64,000 nt of DNA from Candidatus Multivoradales bacterium (GCA_965223155.1 CBDCVR010000013.1:64001-128000), one strand, 5' to 3'. Shown: positions 9,925 through 21,300, counted from the stretch's first letter. Notes: generated by a model not told the origin, from the sequence alone. Numbers and translations are program-made.

Positions 9925-12030
9925 ATGACCCGCGAACATAAGAGGTTCCTCAGAACGGGTTGGGGTGCCAGGATCACCAAGCTGAGTGTCGGCGGACTCC
10001 TGTTTCTGACGGCATCAGGGCTCGTAATCACCTTCGCGCCGTTTCATGCGGCGGTGGAGTGGACCGTTCTGGTCCATACGGCTCTGGGTCTGTCTCTGCT
10101 ACTTCCCTTCGTTTGGTACAGCTTGGCGCATTGGAAGGACTACCGGCACTACCGGTTGTCGGACATTGTGTTGCTCGGCTACCTGGCCGCAGTAGCCTTT
10201 CTCGTGTGCCTCGTCTCGGGGGCCGTGGTCACCTGGCAAGGGCTGTTCGGCATGCAGATGTCGCAGCTCTGGCGTAACGTGCACTTGTACTCCACGTTTG
10301 CGGCCCTGGCCGCGGGCCTGCCGCACGTCTTGTTGCTCTACTTCCGGATTCGGTCGAAGAAACAGGCTGGATTCGCGGCTCCGGTCGTTCGCTGGAGCGT
10401 TGTCTCGGTACTGGCCGGAGCGGCCGTGGTCGCGGCCCTGACCGCCGTCTACCCGGGATCCGAGTACGTGAACACTTTTCCGGAGGACTACAATTACCTC
10501 TACGGCGAAGACCGCCCGTTCGCGCCCAGCCTGGCGTTGACCTCGACCGGCGGGGCGTTCGACTCGGAATCGCTGGCCGGCTCGATGACCTGCGGCACGG
10601 CTCGCTGCCACGAACAGATCCTGGCCGAGTGGAAACCCAGCGCGCACCGCTACGCTGCGATGGATCCGCTGTTCCAGAAAGTCCAGTCCGTCATGGCCGA
10701 GCAGAACGGGGCCGAGTCGACGCGCTATTGCGGCGGCTGCCACGATCCCATCTCGCTGTTCTCGGGAACCAAGAACATTTTCACCGAGAACCTGACCGAG
10801 TTGTCCGGGTACAACGAAGGCATCTCGTGCCTGTCGTGCCACGCCATTCGCGAGACCGATCTTCAGGGCAACGCCAACTATGTGATGACCCAGCCGGCAG
10901 CCTATCTGTGGCAGTGGCAAGGGTCGGGTGCCGGCAAATTCCTGAGCGACTTCCTGATCCGGACCTACCCGAAGCAGCACAATCTGCTCTCCAAGCGAAT
11001 GTTCAAGGCGCCCGAATACTGTGCCGCCTGCCACAAGCAGTTCATCGATCAGGAGGTGAACCGGGTGGGCTGGGTGCAGCTTCAGAATCAGTACGACAAC
11101 TGGAAGGCCAGTCATTGGTACGTCGAAGGTGATCCGGCCGAGTCGATCGAGTGCCGCGAGTGCCATATGCCGCTGGTGGCGTCGACGGATCCAGCCGCCG
11201 GCGACGAGGCCGACCACAATCGCTCGCCCGAGGACGGCATGCACCGCAGCCACCGCTTCATCGCCGCCAACTCGATGGTGCCGGCGATGCTGGAGCTGGA
11301 GGGTTGGGAGGAACAGGTCGAGCTGACCCATCAGTGGCTGGCGGGGACCTTCGAGATTCCCGAGATCGCGGACAAGTGGCGCAAGGGCCCGGTGGTCAAC
11401 CTGGCGCTCGAGGTGCCGGACAAGGTGGCTCCTGGAGACGAGGTGCCGATCCGGGTGGTGATGACCGCCAACAAGGTCGGGCACGATTTCCCTACGGGGC
11501 CGCTCGACATCATTCAGAGCTGGGTCGAGATCCACGTCACCGACGGCGAGGGCAACGAGGTCTTCTCCTCGGGCAAGCGCGACGAGCAGCACTTCATCGA
11601 GCCGGGAACCTTCTTGTTCAAGGCCGAGCCGGTGGATCAGTACGGCAATCTCATCGATCGGCACAACCTTTGGGAAATGGTTGGTGTGCGCTACCGCAGG
11701 GCGCTCTTCCCGGGCTACTCGGACGCCGTCGAGTACCTGATCGACTGCCCGTCGACCATGGCTCGGGGCGACGACAAGCCCTGGCTCGAACGGGAGGTGC
11801 GAGACTTCGAGATGCCCGACGCGCCTACCGCCGGGCAACTCGTCGTCGATGCCAAGCTCATGTACCGCAAGGTCGATCAGTTTCTGATCAATTTCCTTCT
11901 GGGTGAGGACTCGGGCTTGACGGCGCCGGTGATCGAGATGACCCGGGCGCGGGTGGTGATTCCGGTCCAGGAGCCGAGGTCCGCCGACCTTCGGGTTGCT
12001 GAGGCGGACGCCGTTCCGAGCGGCGGCTAG
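9925..12030 (+). CDS. Membrane-anchored multiheme cytochrome c (c554-like) with N-terminal His-bearing TM domain
   Basis: CGGCH, CLSCH, CAACH, CRECH and an atypical CGTARCH; GHDFPTG; about 5 N-terminal TM helices; GGAGG RBS. Confidence 0.85.
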   Translation: MTREHKRFLRTGWGARITKLSVGGLLFLTASGLVITFAPFHAAVEWTVLVHTALGLSLLLPFVWYSLAHWKDYRHYRLSDIVLLGYLAAVAFLVCLVSGAVVTWQGLFGMQMSQLWRNVHLYSTFAALAAGLPHVLLLYFRIRSKKQAGFAAPVVRWSVVSVLAGAAVVAALTAVYPGSEYVNTFPEDYNYLYGEDRPFAPSLALTSTGGAFDSESLAGSMTCGTARCHEQILAEWKPSAHRYAAMDPLFQKVQSVMAEQNGAESTRYCGGCHDPISLFSGTKNIFTENLTELSGYNEGISCLSCHAIRETDLQGNANYVMTQPAAYLWQWQGSGAGKFLSDFLIRTYPKQHNLLSKRMFKAPEYCAACHKQFIDQEVNRVGWVQLQNQYDNWKASHWYVEGDPAESIECRECHMPLVASTDPAAGDEADHNRSPEDGMHRSHRFIAANSMVPAMLELEGWEEQVELTHQWLAGTFEIPEIADKWRKGPVVNLALEVPDKVAPGDEVPIRVVMTANKVGHDFPTGPLDIIQSWVEIHVTDGEGNEVFSSGKRDEQHFIEPGTFLFKAEPVDQYGNLIDRHNLWEMVGVRYRRALFPGYSDAVEYLIDCPSTMARGDDKPWLEREVRDFEMPDAPTAGQLVVDAKLMYRKVDQFLINFLLGEDSGLTAPVIEMTRARVVIPVQEPRSADLRVAEADAVPSGG

Positions 12031-12037
12031 GATTCCG

Positions 12038-14623
12038 TTGAGCGAGCCTAAGGTGGTCTCGCGGCGCAGCCAGCGCCTGCGCCGGATCCGGACGGGCGTG
12101 CTCGTCGCGGTGGCGATGGCGCTGGTTCTGGCGGTCTGGCTCTGGCGGGCCAACCGGACCGAGACCCGCAAACCCGGCGAAGAGCTGCCCGAGATCACCC
12201 GGAGGCTGGCCCTGGATCTCCCGGCGGACGCGCCCGAGCCGCTTTGGACGGAGATCGCCACCGAGGCCGGCCTCGGCGGGTTCCGCTCCTTCGCCGGCGA
12301 GCGCTCCTCCCAGCTTCCCGAGGACATGGGCTCAGGCGCCGCCTGGGGGGACTACGACGACGACGGCGATGACGATCTCTTCCTGGTTGCGGTCGGCGGA
12401 GCGCTCAATGCCGAGCCGGAGGGTTGGGCCGAGTCGATGCTGTACGAGAACCTGGGCGACGGGACCCTGCGCCGCGTGACCGGGTTCCCCGAGGTTCGGA
12501 TCGTGGGCATGGCGGCGGCCTGGGGCGATGCCGATGGCGACGGCCGGCTGGACCTGGCGCTCAGCGGCTACAACGAGCTGCGGCTCTACCGGAACACCGG
12601 AGACGGATTCCTCCTGGATGAGCGCTTCCCGAGCCCGGAGGGCTACTGGGCGGGCCTGGGCTGGGCCGACTTCGACAACGATCGAGACTTGGATCTCTAC
12701 GTCTGCGGCTACGTGCGCTACGTCGAGGACGACTCCAAGAGCCGGCGGGCTTCGGAGCAGTACGGCACCGAGGTGCCGTATACCCTCAATCCGGCCTCGT
12801 TCGAGCCCCAGTCCAATCTGCTGCTCGAGAACGCCGGCGACGGCACGTTCCGGGACGTGGCCGCCCTCTGGGGCGTGTCGAATCCCGAGGGCCGGAGCCT
12901 GTCGGCTCTCTGGCACGACTTCGATGCGGATGGCCGCCTGGATCTCTACGTCGCCAATGACATCTCGGACAACGCGCTCTATCTCAACCGGGGCGAGACC
13001 TTCGAGGACGTCAGCCTCGCCGCCTGGGTCGCCGACTACCGGGGCGCCATGGGCCTGGCGGCGGGAGACTGGAATCGCGACGGCGACGACGATCTCTTCG
13101 TCACCCACTGGCTGGCCCAGGAGAATGCGCTCTACGACTCGCGGCTGCTGGCCGCGCCCCCGGCCGCCGGCGCCGAAACGGAGGCCCGCGCCGCCGTGCC
13201 GTTGACTTTTTCCGATCAGTCCGCGCCGTTGGGCCTTGGCCAGACGACGCTCCAGATGGTGGGGTGGGGCACCGAATTCGCGGACTTCGACGGCGACGGC
13301 TGGCTGGATCTGATGGTCGCGAACGGCAGCACCCTGGAGCGGAAGGGCGACGGGCCGCGTCTGCTTCGGCCCCAGACCGACATGCTCTTCTGGAACGAGG
13401 GCGGCCGTGCCTTCCACGACCTAGTGCGCCTGTCGGAGGAGCTGGGCGCCGCCGACGTCAGCCGCGGCCTGGCGATCTCGGACTACGACCGGGACGGGGA
13501 TCTGGACGTCCTGATCCAGCGCCACGGCGAAGCGCCCAAGTTGTGGCGTAACGAGATGCAGACCGGTACCTGGGTCGAGCTCGACCTCAGAAGCGGTACC
13601 GGCTCGGGCCAGGCCTCCGGATCGGGTCTCGGGTCCACGGTTGTCGTCCAGGCCGGCGGCGTCGACCTGCGGCGAACCGTGGGCGGAGCCTCGTACCTGT
13701 CGCAGAGCTCGGCCACGCTGCACTTCGGACTGGGAGAAGCCGCGAGCGTGTCCGGCGTCGAGGTGCAGTGGCTGGGCGGGGAGCGGGAGCGGTTCGAAGG
13801 CGTCAGCGTGGGCGGGCGGTACCGGCTCGTAGAAGGCACGGGCGTCGCCCAGCCGGTGGCGATGCCCGTCGGGACCGGGAGCGCGATCCCGGTCGCTTCG
13901 GCCGCCGCGCAAGAGCTCGGCGAACGCGAGCGGGTCGTCGAGTTCTGGCGCCGGCATCGGGAGGCCATGGATCGCGTCAAGCGCGACGCCGACTGTCCCG
14001 GCGCCGTACCGCTCTTCCGGTCCGCGCTCGAGCTGGATCCGGACCATGAAGACGCCCGCTACTACCTGGCGAACTGCCTCCAGGCACTGGGCCAGACGGA
14101 GGAAGCCCTCGAGCAATTGAACGAGCTGCGCGAGCGATCTCCGATGAGCTACCGCGGGCACAAGCAGTGGGGAGTCCTGCGCGCCATGAATGCCCGTGGA
14201 GCCGAGGATCTGTCGGCAGCGGCCGCGGCTCTGGAGCGCTCGCTCGAGGTCAACCGCGAGCAGACCGGCAGCCTCACCGTGCTTGCCGAGGTGCGCCTCC
14301 TGGAGGGTGACCTGGCCGAGGCCGGCCGCGGCTTCGAGGCCGTCTGTCAGACCAACTCGGGCGATTCCAAGGCCCAGTTTCTGCGCGGGTACGTGGCCTG
14401 GAAGAGCGGGGAGCTGGACGCCAGCCGGCGCGCTCTCGAAGCCGCGCTTGCGGCCCGGGGGCCGGAATGGAAGCCGGAAGGCACGGTTGCCGAAGGGGAT
14501 GTCGCCCAGCGCATGCATCTGGAGGAGAGTCCCCTGGCCGGATTCGCGGACGGCTGGAACGGCGCCATCGATCCGGATGCGGCCTACCGAGCTCTCGACG
14601 CGCACCTGGCCGGCCGTTCCTAG
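12038..14623 (+). CDS. FG-GAP repeat / ASPIC-UnbV (CRTAC1-like) protein with C-terminal TPRs
   Basis: Repeated DxDxDGxxDL motifs, GGASYLSQS...LHFGLG (UnbV), N-terminal TM anchor, TPR helices (ALELDPDHEDARYYLA). Start codon uncertain. Confidence 0.85.
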   Translation: MSEPKVVSRRSQRLRRIRTGVLVAVAMALVLAVWLWRANRTETRKPGEELPEITRRLALDLPADAPEPLWTEIATEAGLGGFRSFAGERSSQLPEDMGSGAAWGDYDDDGDDDLFLVAVGGALNAEPEGWAESMLYENLGDGTLRRVTGFPEVRIVGMAAAWGDADGDGRLDLALSGYNELRLYRNTGDGFLLDERFPSPEGYWAGLGWADFDNDRDLDLYVCGYVRYVEDDSKSRRASEQYGTEVPYTLNPASFEPQSNLLLENAGDGTFRDVAALWGVSNPEGRSLSALWHDFDADGRLDLYVANDISDNALYLNRGETFEDVSLAAWVADYRGAMGLAAGDWNRDGDDDLFVTHWLAQENALYDSRLLAAPPAAGAETEARAAVPLTFSDQSAPLGLGQTTLQMVGWGTEFADFDGDGWLDLMVANGSTLERKGDGPRLLRPQTDMLFWNEGGRAFHDLVRLSEELGAADVSRGLAISDYDRDGDLDVLIQRHGEAPKLWRNEMQTGTWVELDLRSGTGSGQASGSGLGSTVVVQAGGVDLRRTVGGASYLSQSSATLHFGLGEAASVSGVEVQWLGGERERFEGVSVGGRYRLVEGTGVAQPVAMPVGTGSAIPVASAAAQELGERERVVEFWRRHREAMDRVKRDADCPGAVPLFRSALELDPDHEDARYYLANCLQALGQTEEALEQLNELRERSPMSYRGHKQWGVLRAMNARGAEDLSAAAAALERSLEVNREQTGSLTVLAEVRLLEGDLAEAGRGFEAVCQTNSGDSKAQFLRGYVAWKSGELDASRRALEAALAARGPEWKPEGTVAEGDVAQRMHLEESPLAGFADGWNGAIDPDAAYRALDAHLAGRS

Positions 14624-14775
14624 CCGTACCTGCCGTCGCGGCTTCTTCGGAAGGATCCTTCCGCACTCGGCCCCACCGGCGACGGAGCAGAAACTCGGAA
14701 GGCGGTTGCGGCGCTGGAACCGCAGAGGCCTCGCCGGCTGGGCCCGTCGGTCGACTCTGGTAAAGTTCGGTGGTC

Positions 14776-15195
14776 ATGCCGACTTGGTCCGCGAAACTCG
14801 CGTTTTGTGTAGCGGCGTTCTTGCTGCTGGCGCCCGCCGTTGCGGTCTGTGGCGCCCTGGCCGCGAACCTCGACTGCTGTGCCTCCGGTTCCACCGATCC
14901 GGGCCTGCACGAGCGCTCGGCCGACGCCGCCTCGCACTGCGGCTCGGCGGGATCGCGGGAGGGCTGGCGGGCGGGCCGGACTCATTCGGCAGACATGTGC
15001 TGCGAGTTGAACCGGAGCCGCACGGCCGAGCGAAGCCGACAGGTCCGGGCGCTGGTGCTGCCCACGGAGTTCGTAGCGCCCGCCGCGCCCACCGCCGACT
15101 GGGCGAGCCTCCAGTCCGCGCCGTTGGCGCCGACGAGTGTTCCGGAGCCGGTTTCCCGCGATCTCTACGCCCGCCTCTCGAGCTATCTCCTCTGA
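14776..15195 (+). CDS. Small Cys-rich hypothetical protein upstream of the metal-efflux operon
   Basis: Signal-like N-terminus, DCC/HC/MCC, Pro-rich linker, C-terminal LYARLSSYLL. Confidence 0.6.
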   Translation: MPTWSAKLAFCVAAFLLLAPAVAVCGALAANLDCCASGSTDPGLHERSADAASHCGSAGSREGWRAGRTHSADMCCELNRSRTAERSRQVRALVLPTEFVAPAAPTADWASLQSAPLAPTSVPEPVSRDLYARLSSYLL

Positions 15196-15329
15196 TCCTC
15201 GGCTGAACGGGTCGTTCTGAGGCGCATCATCGCGCCCGGCTGCCCGTGTGTCGATCCGCGCCCGCCGGGCGCGGACGGCGAGTTCCCCGGACTGGGGACT
15301 TCGGAGTCTCTGACGATGGAGGTAGCGTC

Positions 15330-16853
15330 GTGAACCAAGTACAACAACCAACCATGCGCCGGCCCGCGAGGCCGGCCCTGGCCTCGATTCTGGCCCTGGG
15401 GCTGGTAGCGGGGGCCTCGACAGGGCCCGCCGAAGCGGTTACCGACAGCGAACCTTCGGCCGCCACCGCTCTGGTTCAAGCCTCCGGTCCGGAGGTGGCC
15501 GCCCTTCTCAGCGAAGTCCTGGAGCGCAGTCCGGAGCTGGCGGCGGCGCGGGAGCGGGTGGCGGTGTCGCGCAAACAGGTCGAGTCGGTCGGCGCCTTGC
15601 CCGACTTGATCGTGGGACTGACGGCCTTCGCCGAGACGCCTGAGACCCGGGTCGGTCCACAGCGGCTGATGGCGGCCGTCAGTCAGGCGGTGCCCTCGCC
15701 GGCGAAACGGCGCTTGGCGCGAGCCCGCGCCCGGCTCGAGGCCGAGGCTCTGGGGCCCGAGGCCGAGACGCTCGAGCTCGAGCTGCTGCGCCGGGTGCGC
15801 GCTCATTGGATCGAACTGGCCTATTTGGATCGCCGCCGCCAGATCGTGGAGAGGCTGCGGCTCCATCTGGTGCAACACGAGGAGATCGCCCGGTCGCTCT
15901 ACGCAACCGGAAGCGGCACCGGCCAGGGTGTGTTGAAGATCCAGGCGGAGATCACGCGAGTGGATACGACGCTCCTGGACCTCGATCGGCGCCGGGCGTC
16001 GCTTGTGGCCCGGCTCAACGGGCTTCGAGACCGGCCGGCCAACTATCCCCTCGGCGCGGTTCCGGAGCTTCAACGCCTGGTGGCCGCTCTGCCGGGCGCG
16101 GGAGAGACGGTGGCGGTCCAGGAGCCCGGCTCCGGCGAGGCGGCGGTGGCCCTCGATCGGGGCTTAGAGGCGCTCCTCCCGGGAGCGCTGGAGCGCCGGC
16201 CGGAGCTTGCCCGGGCCCGAGCGCGGATCCGGACGGCGGAGGCCGCCCTGGAGCTGGCCGAAAGTCAACGCCGTCCCGGATTTCGGGTCGGCCTGACCTA
16301 CACCCTGGTAGACGCACGCGAGGATCTCGCCGGCCGCCTGGAGCCGCCTCCCGGAAACGGCGACGACGTGCTCGGGATCCAGGGCGGGTTGTCGTTGCCG
16401 GTCTGGCGCCGGGCGCTGGACGCGGGAATCGAGACCGCCGCTGCCGCCTTGAACCTGGCGGGCGAAGACCTGCGCTCCGCGGAGACCCTGGTCCGCACTC
16501 AGATCGGAGATCTTCTGGACCAGGTTCCGATGACCCGCCAGAGACTCGATCTGACCCGAAGCCTCCTCGTCGTGCAAGCCGAGGAATCCCGGGACGCGAC
16601 TCTGTCGGCCTACATCGCCGGCACCGGTGGCGCGCTCGACCTGCTGGACGCCGAGCACGCGCTCTTTGACGCCGAGAGCGTCCAGGCCCGAGCCGAGGCG
16701 GATCTTCTGAACCTGCTGGCTGAGCTCGAGGTCGCCGTGGCCGCGCCGCTGCGGGTGGTCGAGGCGCCCCCGCCGCCGACGCCGGATGTTGGAGCTGCTT
16801 CCCCGACTGACGAATCGAGCCTTCCTTCCAACCGCAACGAGGTGTCTCCATGA
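15330..16853 (+). CDS. cusC: TolC/CusC family outer-membrane efflux protein
   Basis: Signal peptide; ERSPELAAAR, RRPELARA, SLPVW and DLLDAE motifs; first gene of an RND triad. Confidence 0.85.
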   Translation: MNQVQQPTMRRPARPALASILALGLVAGASTGPAEAVTDSEPSAATALVQASGPEVAALLSEVLERSPELAAARERVAVSRKQVESVGALPDLIVGLTAFAETPETRVGPQRLMAAVSQAVPSPAKRRLARARARLEAEALGPEAETLELELLRRVRAHWIELAYLDRRRQIVERLRLHLVQHEEIARSLYATGSGTGQGVLKIQAEITRVDTTLLDLDRRRASLVARLNGLRDRPANYPLGAVPELQRLVAALPGAGETVAVQEPGSGEAAVALDRGLEALLPGALERRPELARARARIRTAEAALELAESQRRPGFRVGLTYTLVDAREDLAGRLEPPPGNGDDVLGIQGGLSLPVWRRALDAGIETAAAALNLAGEDLRSAETLVRTQIGDLLDQVPMTRQRLDLTRSLLVVQAEESRDATLSAYIAGTGGALDLLDAEHALFDAESVQARAEADLLNLLAELEVAVAAPLRVVEAPPPPTPDVGAASPTDESSLPSNRNEVSP

Positions 16854-18370
16854 GTCAAGTTACGAGTCCTCCCAGGGGCGTTCTGGGGCCGGTCCTGGCC
16901 GCCGTCGCCGCTGTCGTCGTTTGCCTACTCATACTTCTGGATCCGCTGGGAGTCCACGGGTTGGACGAATGGGCGATGTCGCGCCTCGGGTACCAGAAGG
17001 TCGAGGCGCCGCCGGAACCTGCCGAACAGGGGCTTTGGACCTGCCCCATGCATTCCCACATCCTCGAGGACCACGAGGGCGAGTGTCCCGTTTGCGGCAT
17101 GGATCTGGTGCCGGTCGACTCCGAGCTGACAGGCGCGGGATCGGCGGAGCGCGAGGTCGTCTTCTACCGGAATCCGATGGATCCGACCATTACCTCGCTG
17201 GTGCCGGCGAAGGACGAGATGGGGATGGACTACGTCCCAGTCTACGCGGATGAGGCTCGCGAAGTGATGGGCGCTGGCACCGAGATCCGGATCGACCCGG
17301 GCGTGGTACAGAACATGAACGTCCAGACCGAAGTGGCCGAGGTGCGTGACCTCAGCCACGACGTGCGCACGGTCGGGTATCTGGAGTACGACCAGGAGCG
17401 CATGGTCACGGTCACCACAAAGTATGCGGGCTGGGTGGAGAAGGTGTACGTCAACTACGTGGGTGAGAACGTGCGGCGCGGACAGCCGCTTTTCGAGATC
17501 TACTCACCTGAGCTGGTCCAGACCGAGCAGGAACTACTGTCGGCCCTTGAATATGAGCGCCGAGTTGCCTCGGCTCCCGAAGAGCACCGGCGCCGGGCTC
17601 GGGGTCTGGTCGATGCGGCCAGGACGCGGCTGGAGTACTGGGACATTTCCCCCAGCCAGATCCAGCGCTTGGAAGAGACGGGCCAGATTTTTCGCACCCT
17701 GCGGGTGGTGGCGCCGTCCACGGGCGTTGTCATGCAGCGGGTGAAGGGTCTCGAGGGTCGAGCCGTCCAGCCCGGAACGGACGTGTACCACATCGCCGAC
17801 CTGAGCGCCCTTTGGCTCTCGGTCGAGATCTTCGAGAGCCAGCTCACCTGGATCGATCAAGGCACTCCTGCCGAAGTCTCGTTCACCTACTTTCCGAGCG
17901 AGACCTTCACCGGCACCGTCCGCTACATCGAGCCCGAGTTCTCGGAGAAGACGCGCACCCTGCGGGCCAAGATCGAAGTACCGAATGCCGGTGGCCGGTT
18001 GCGGGCGGGCATGTTCGCTACGGTGGTGTTCAAGCCCACGGTGGCGGAGCGCTCGATCACGATCCCGTCGCTGTCGGTCCTGCGTACGGGCCAGCGCGAC
18101 GTGGTCGTTGTGGCCCTGGGCGAGGGTCGGTTCGCGCCTCGGGAGGTCGAGCTTGGCCATTCCGGGCAGGGCTACGTCGAGGTGCTGTCGGGAGTCGAAG
18201 CGGGTGAGCGGGTGGTCACCTCGGCTCAGTTTCTGCTGGACTCCGAAGCCAGCCTGCAGGAGGCGATTCGCAAGATGATGGCGGCGCGCTCGGCAGATCC
18301 GGGCTCGGCCGGCCCGCCGGCCACCGGCGCCGCGACCGGGCACGATTCGGGAGGGCACCATGCTCAATAG
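16850..18370 (+). CDS. cusB: CusB-type RND periplasmic adaptor with N-terminal heavy-metal-binding domains
   Basis: WTCPMH...CPVCGMDL, YRNPMDP...KDEMGMDY, IYSPELV and GMFA motifs. Confidence 0.92.
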   Translation: MSQVTSPPRGVLGPVLAAVAAVVVCLLILLDPLGVHGLDEWAMSRLGYQKVEAPPEPAEQGLWTCPMHSHILEDHEGECPVCGMDLVPVDSELTGAGSAEREVVFYRNPMDPTITSLVPAKDEMGMDYVPVYADEAREVMGAGTEIRIDPGVVQNMNVQTEVAEVRDLSHDVRTVGYLEYDQERMVTVTTKYAGWVEKVYVNYVGENVRRGQPLFEIYSPELVQTEQELLSALEYERRVASAPEEHRRRARGLVDAARTRLEYWDISPSQIQRLEETGQIFRTLRVVAPSTGVVMQRVKGLEGRAVQPGTDVYHIADLSALWLSVEIFESQLTWIDQGTPAEVSFTYFPSETFTGTVRYIEPEFSEKTRTLRAKIEVPNAGGRLRAGMFATVVFKPTVAERSITIPSLSVLRTGQRDVVVVALGEGRFAPREVELGHSGQGYVEVLSGVEAGERVVTSAQFLLDSEASLQEAIRKMMAARSADPGSAGPPATGAATGHDSGGHHAQ

Positions 18371-21300
18371 GCTGATCGCCTGGTCGCTCGCCAACCGCCT
18401 TCTGGTCCTGGTTGTGCTGGCCGTAGCGCTGGCGCTGGGCGTGTGGTCGGTGCGCGAGAGTCGGATCGACGCCATCCCGGATCTTTCGGACGTTCAGGTC
18501 ATCGTCTTTACCGAGTACTCCGGCCAGGCGCCGCAGGTGGTCGAGGATCAGGTTACCTATCCGATCACCAGCAAGATGCTGGCAGTGCCGTACGCCAAGG
18601 TCGTGCGCGGCTACTCCTTCTTCGGGTACTCGTTCGTCTACGTGATCTTCGAGGACGGGACCGACCTCTACTGGGCGCGGTCGCGGGTTCTGGAGTACCT
18701 ATCCGGCCTGGCTGAGCGCCTACCCGCTGGCGTAACCCCTCAGCTTGGTCCGGACGCGACCGGCGTGGGCTGGGCCTTCATGTACGTGCTGAATTCCGAC
18801 GAGCACTCGCTGGCCGACCTGCGCAGCTTCCAGGACTGGTACTTGAAGTACGGTTTGTCCTCGGTCGAGGGCGTGGCCGAAGTGGCCTCGATCGGTGGCT
18901 TCGTGCGCCAGTACCAGGTCGAAGTGGATCCGGTCCGACTACGCGCCTACGGCTTGCCGTTGAGCCGGGTGCGCAACGCCATCCAGCGCTCCAACGTCGA
19001 AGTCGGGGGCCGGCTGGTCGAGATGTCCGAACGCGAGTTCATGGTGCGCGGCCGCGGCTACGTCCGTGAGGTTCGGGATCTCGAGAACGTCGTCTTGGGC
19101 TCGGGGCCTGGAGGTGTGCCCATCTTGCTGCGTGACGTGGCCAACGTCACCATCGGTCCCGAGATCCGGCGCGGCCTGGCCGATTGGAACGGCGAGGGCG
19201 AGACCGTGGGCGGCATCGTCGTCGTGCGCACCGGTGCCGACACCCGCTCGACGATCCGCAGGGTCAAGGAGAGACTGGCCGAGCTGGAGGCGGGCCTACC
19301 CGATGAGGTCGAGATCGAGATCGCCTACGACCGCACCGGTCTGATCGAGCGCTCGGTCGATACCTTGACGGACACGCTCCTCGAGGAGTCGATCGTCGTC
19401 GCCCTGGTCTGCCTCGTCTTTCTCTTTCATCTGCGCTCCGCGCTGGTGGCCATCGTCTCGATTCCCGCCTCGATCCTGCTGGCCTTCGTCATCATGCGCG
19501 CTCAGGGTCTGGGAGCCAACATCATGTCCCTGGGCGGCATCGCCATCTCGATCGGGGTCCTCGTGGACGCGGCGGTGATCATGGTCGAGAACGCCCACAA
19601 GCACTACGAGGCTTGGCGCGGCAAGCGCTCGCATCTCGAGATCATCCGTCGCTCGGCCCAGGAAGTGGGGCCGACTCTGTTTTTCACCTTGCTGGTGATT
19701 ACGGTTTCGTTCCTGCCGATCTTTGCCCTGGAGGCGCAGGAAGGGCGGCTGTTCAAGCCACTGGCGTTTACCAAGACCTACACCATGGCGCTGTCGTCCC
19801 TGCTGGCGGTGACCGTGGTCCCGGTCCTGATGTACTGGTTCGTGCGGGGACGGATCCTAAGCGAGGAGCGCCATCCGGTGTCCCGGTTCCTGCGTGCCGT
19901 CTACCGGCCGGTGCTGGCGGCGGCGTTACGGTGGCGCTGGCCGGTACTGGTGGTGACGCTGCTGGTGCTCCTACTGACTCTGGTTCCGCTGAGTCGCATC
20001 GGTGCCGAGTTCATGCCGCCTCTCTGGGAAGGCGACCTGCTCTACATGCCGACGACGTTCCCGGGGGTCTCGGTCAGCAAGGCGCGCGAGATCTTGCAAC
20101 AGACCGACAAAATCATCCGGTCCTTTCCGGAGGTGGAGTCGGTTCTCGGCAAGGTCGGGCGGGCAGAGACGGCCACTGATCCGGCGCCACTGTCGATGAT
20201 CGAGACCACGATCCTGCTCAAGGATCCTTCCGAGTGGCGTCCGGGCCTGACCAAGGACGACTTGATCCGGGAGCTCGATGAGGCGGTCCGCTTTCCCGGC
20301 CTGACCAACGCCTGGACCATGCCGATCAAGACCCGCATCGACATGCTCTCGACCGGGATCAAGACACCCGTCGGCATCAAGGTCGGAGGTCCCGACCTCA
20401 ACGAACTGGAACGGCTGGCCCGGGAGATCGAAAGCGTGGTCAAGCCCCTGCCCGGAACGCTATCGGCCTATGCCGAGCGAGTCATGGGAGGTAGCTACCT
20501 GGACTTCGACATCGATCGCGAGGCCGCCTCCCGGTACGGCCTGACCGTCGGCGACATCCAGGACGTCGTCCAGTCGGCGGTGGGCGGCATGAACGTCTCG
20601 TGGACGGTGGAGGGACTGGAGCGCTATCCCATCAACCTGCGCTATCCGCGCGAGCTGCGCGACAACCCGGCGGCGCTGGAACAGATCCTGGTGGCGACTC
20701 CCACCGGCGCCCAGGTGCCGCTGGGGCAGCTGGCGCGGCTCGAGCTGCGCCAGGGGCCGCCCGGGATCAAGTCCGAGAACGCCCGTCCCAACGCCTGGGT
20801 GTACGTGGACCTGCGCGGAATCGACGTGGGGAGCTGGGTCGAGCGGGCCCGCGCCGAGGTGGAGAGCAGGGTCGAGGTGCCGCCCGGATACACGGTCTTC
20901 TGGTCGGGCCAGTACGAGTACATGCTACGAGCGAAGCAGCGCCTGCTGGTGATCGTGCCCCTGACGCTGGCCCTGATTTTCCTGATCCTGTACTTTCATC
21001 TGAAGTCGGTGATGAAGACGGCGATGGTGCTGTCCGCGATCCCGTTCTCGCTTGTGGGCTCGGTCTGGCTCCTCTACGCGCTCGACTACAACTGGTCGAT
21101 CGCGGTCTGGGTGGGGATGATCGCTCTGGCGGGTCTTGCGGCCGAGACCGGGGTCGTGATGCTGCTCTATCTCGACCTGGCGTTCGAAAAAAGACGGTCC
21201 GCGGGAGAGTTGAGGAGCTTCAAGGACCTGGCCGCGGCCGTGGACCAGGGAGCGGTCCAGCGCATTCGGCCCAAGATGATGACCGTGCTGACGGTCCTGG

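Noticed and set aside
10099-12327. 742-aa antisense ORF, and similar ones (27883-29775, 36889-38820, 45386-47380)
   Set aside because: Shadow ORFs opposite well-supported genes; expected at high GC and lacking motifs.
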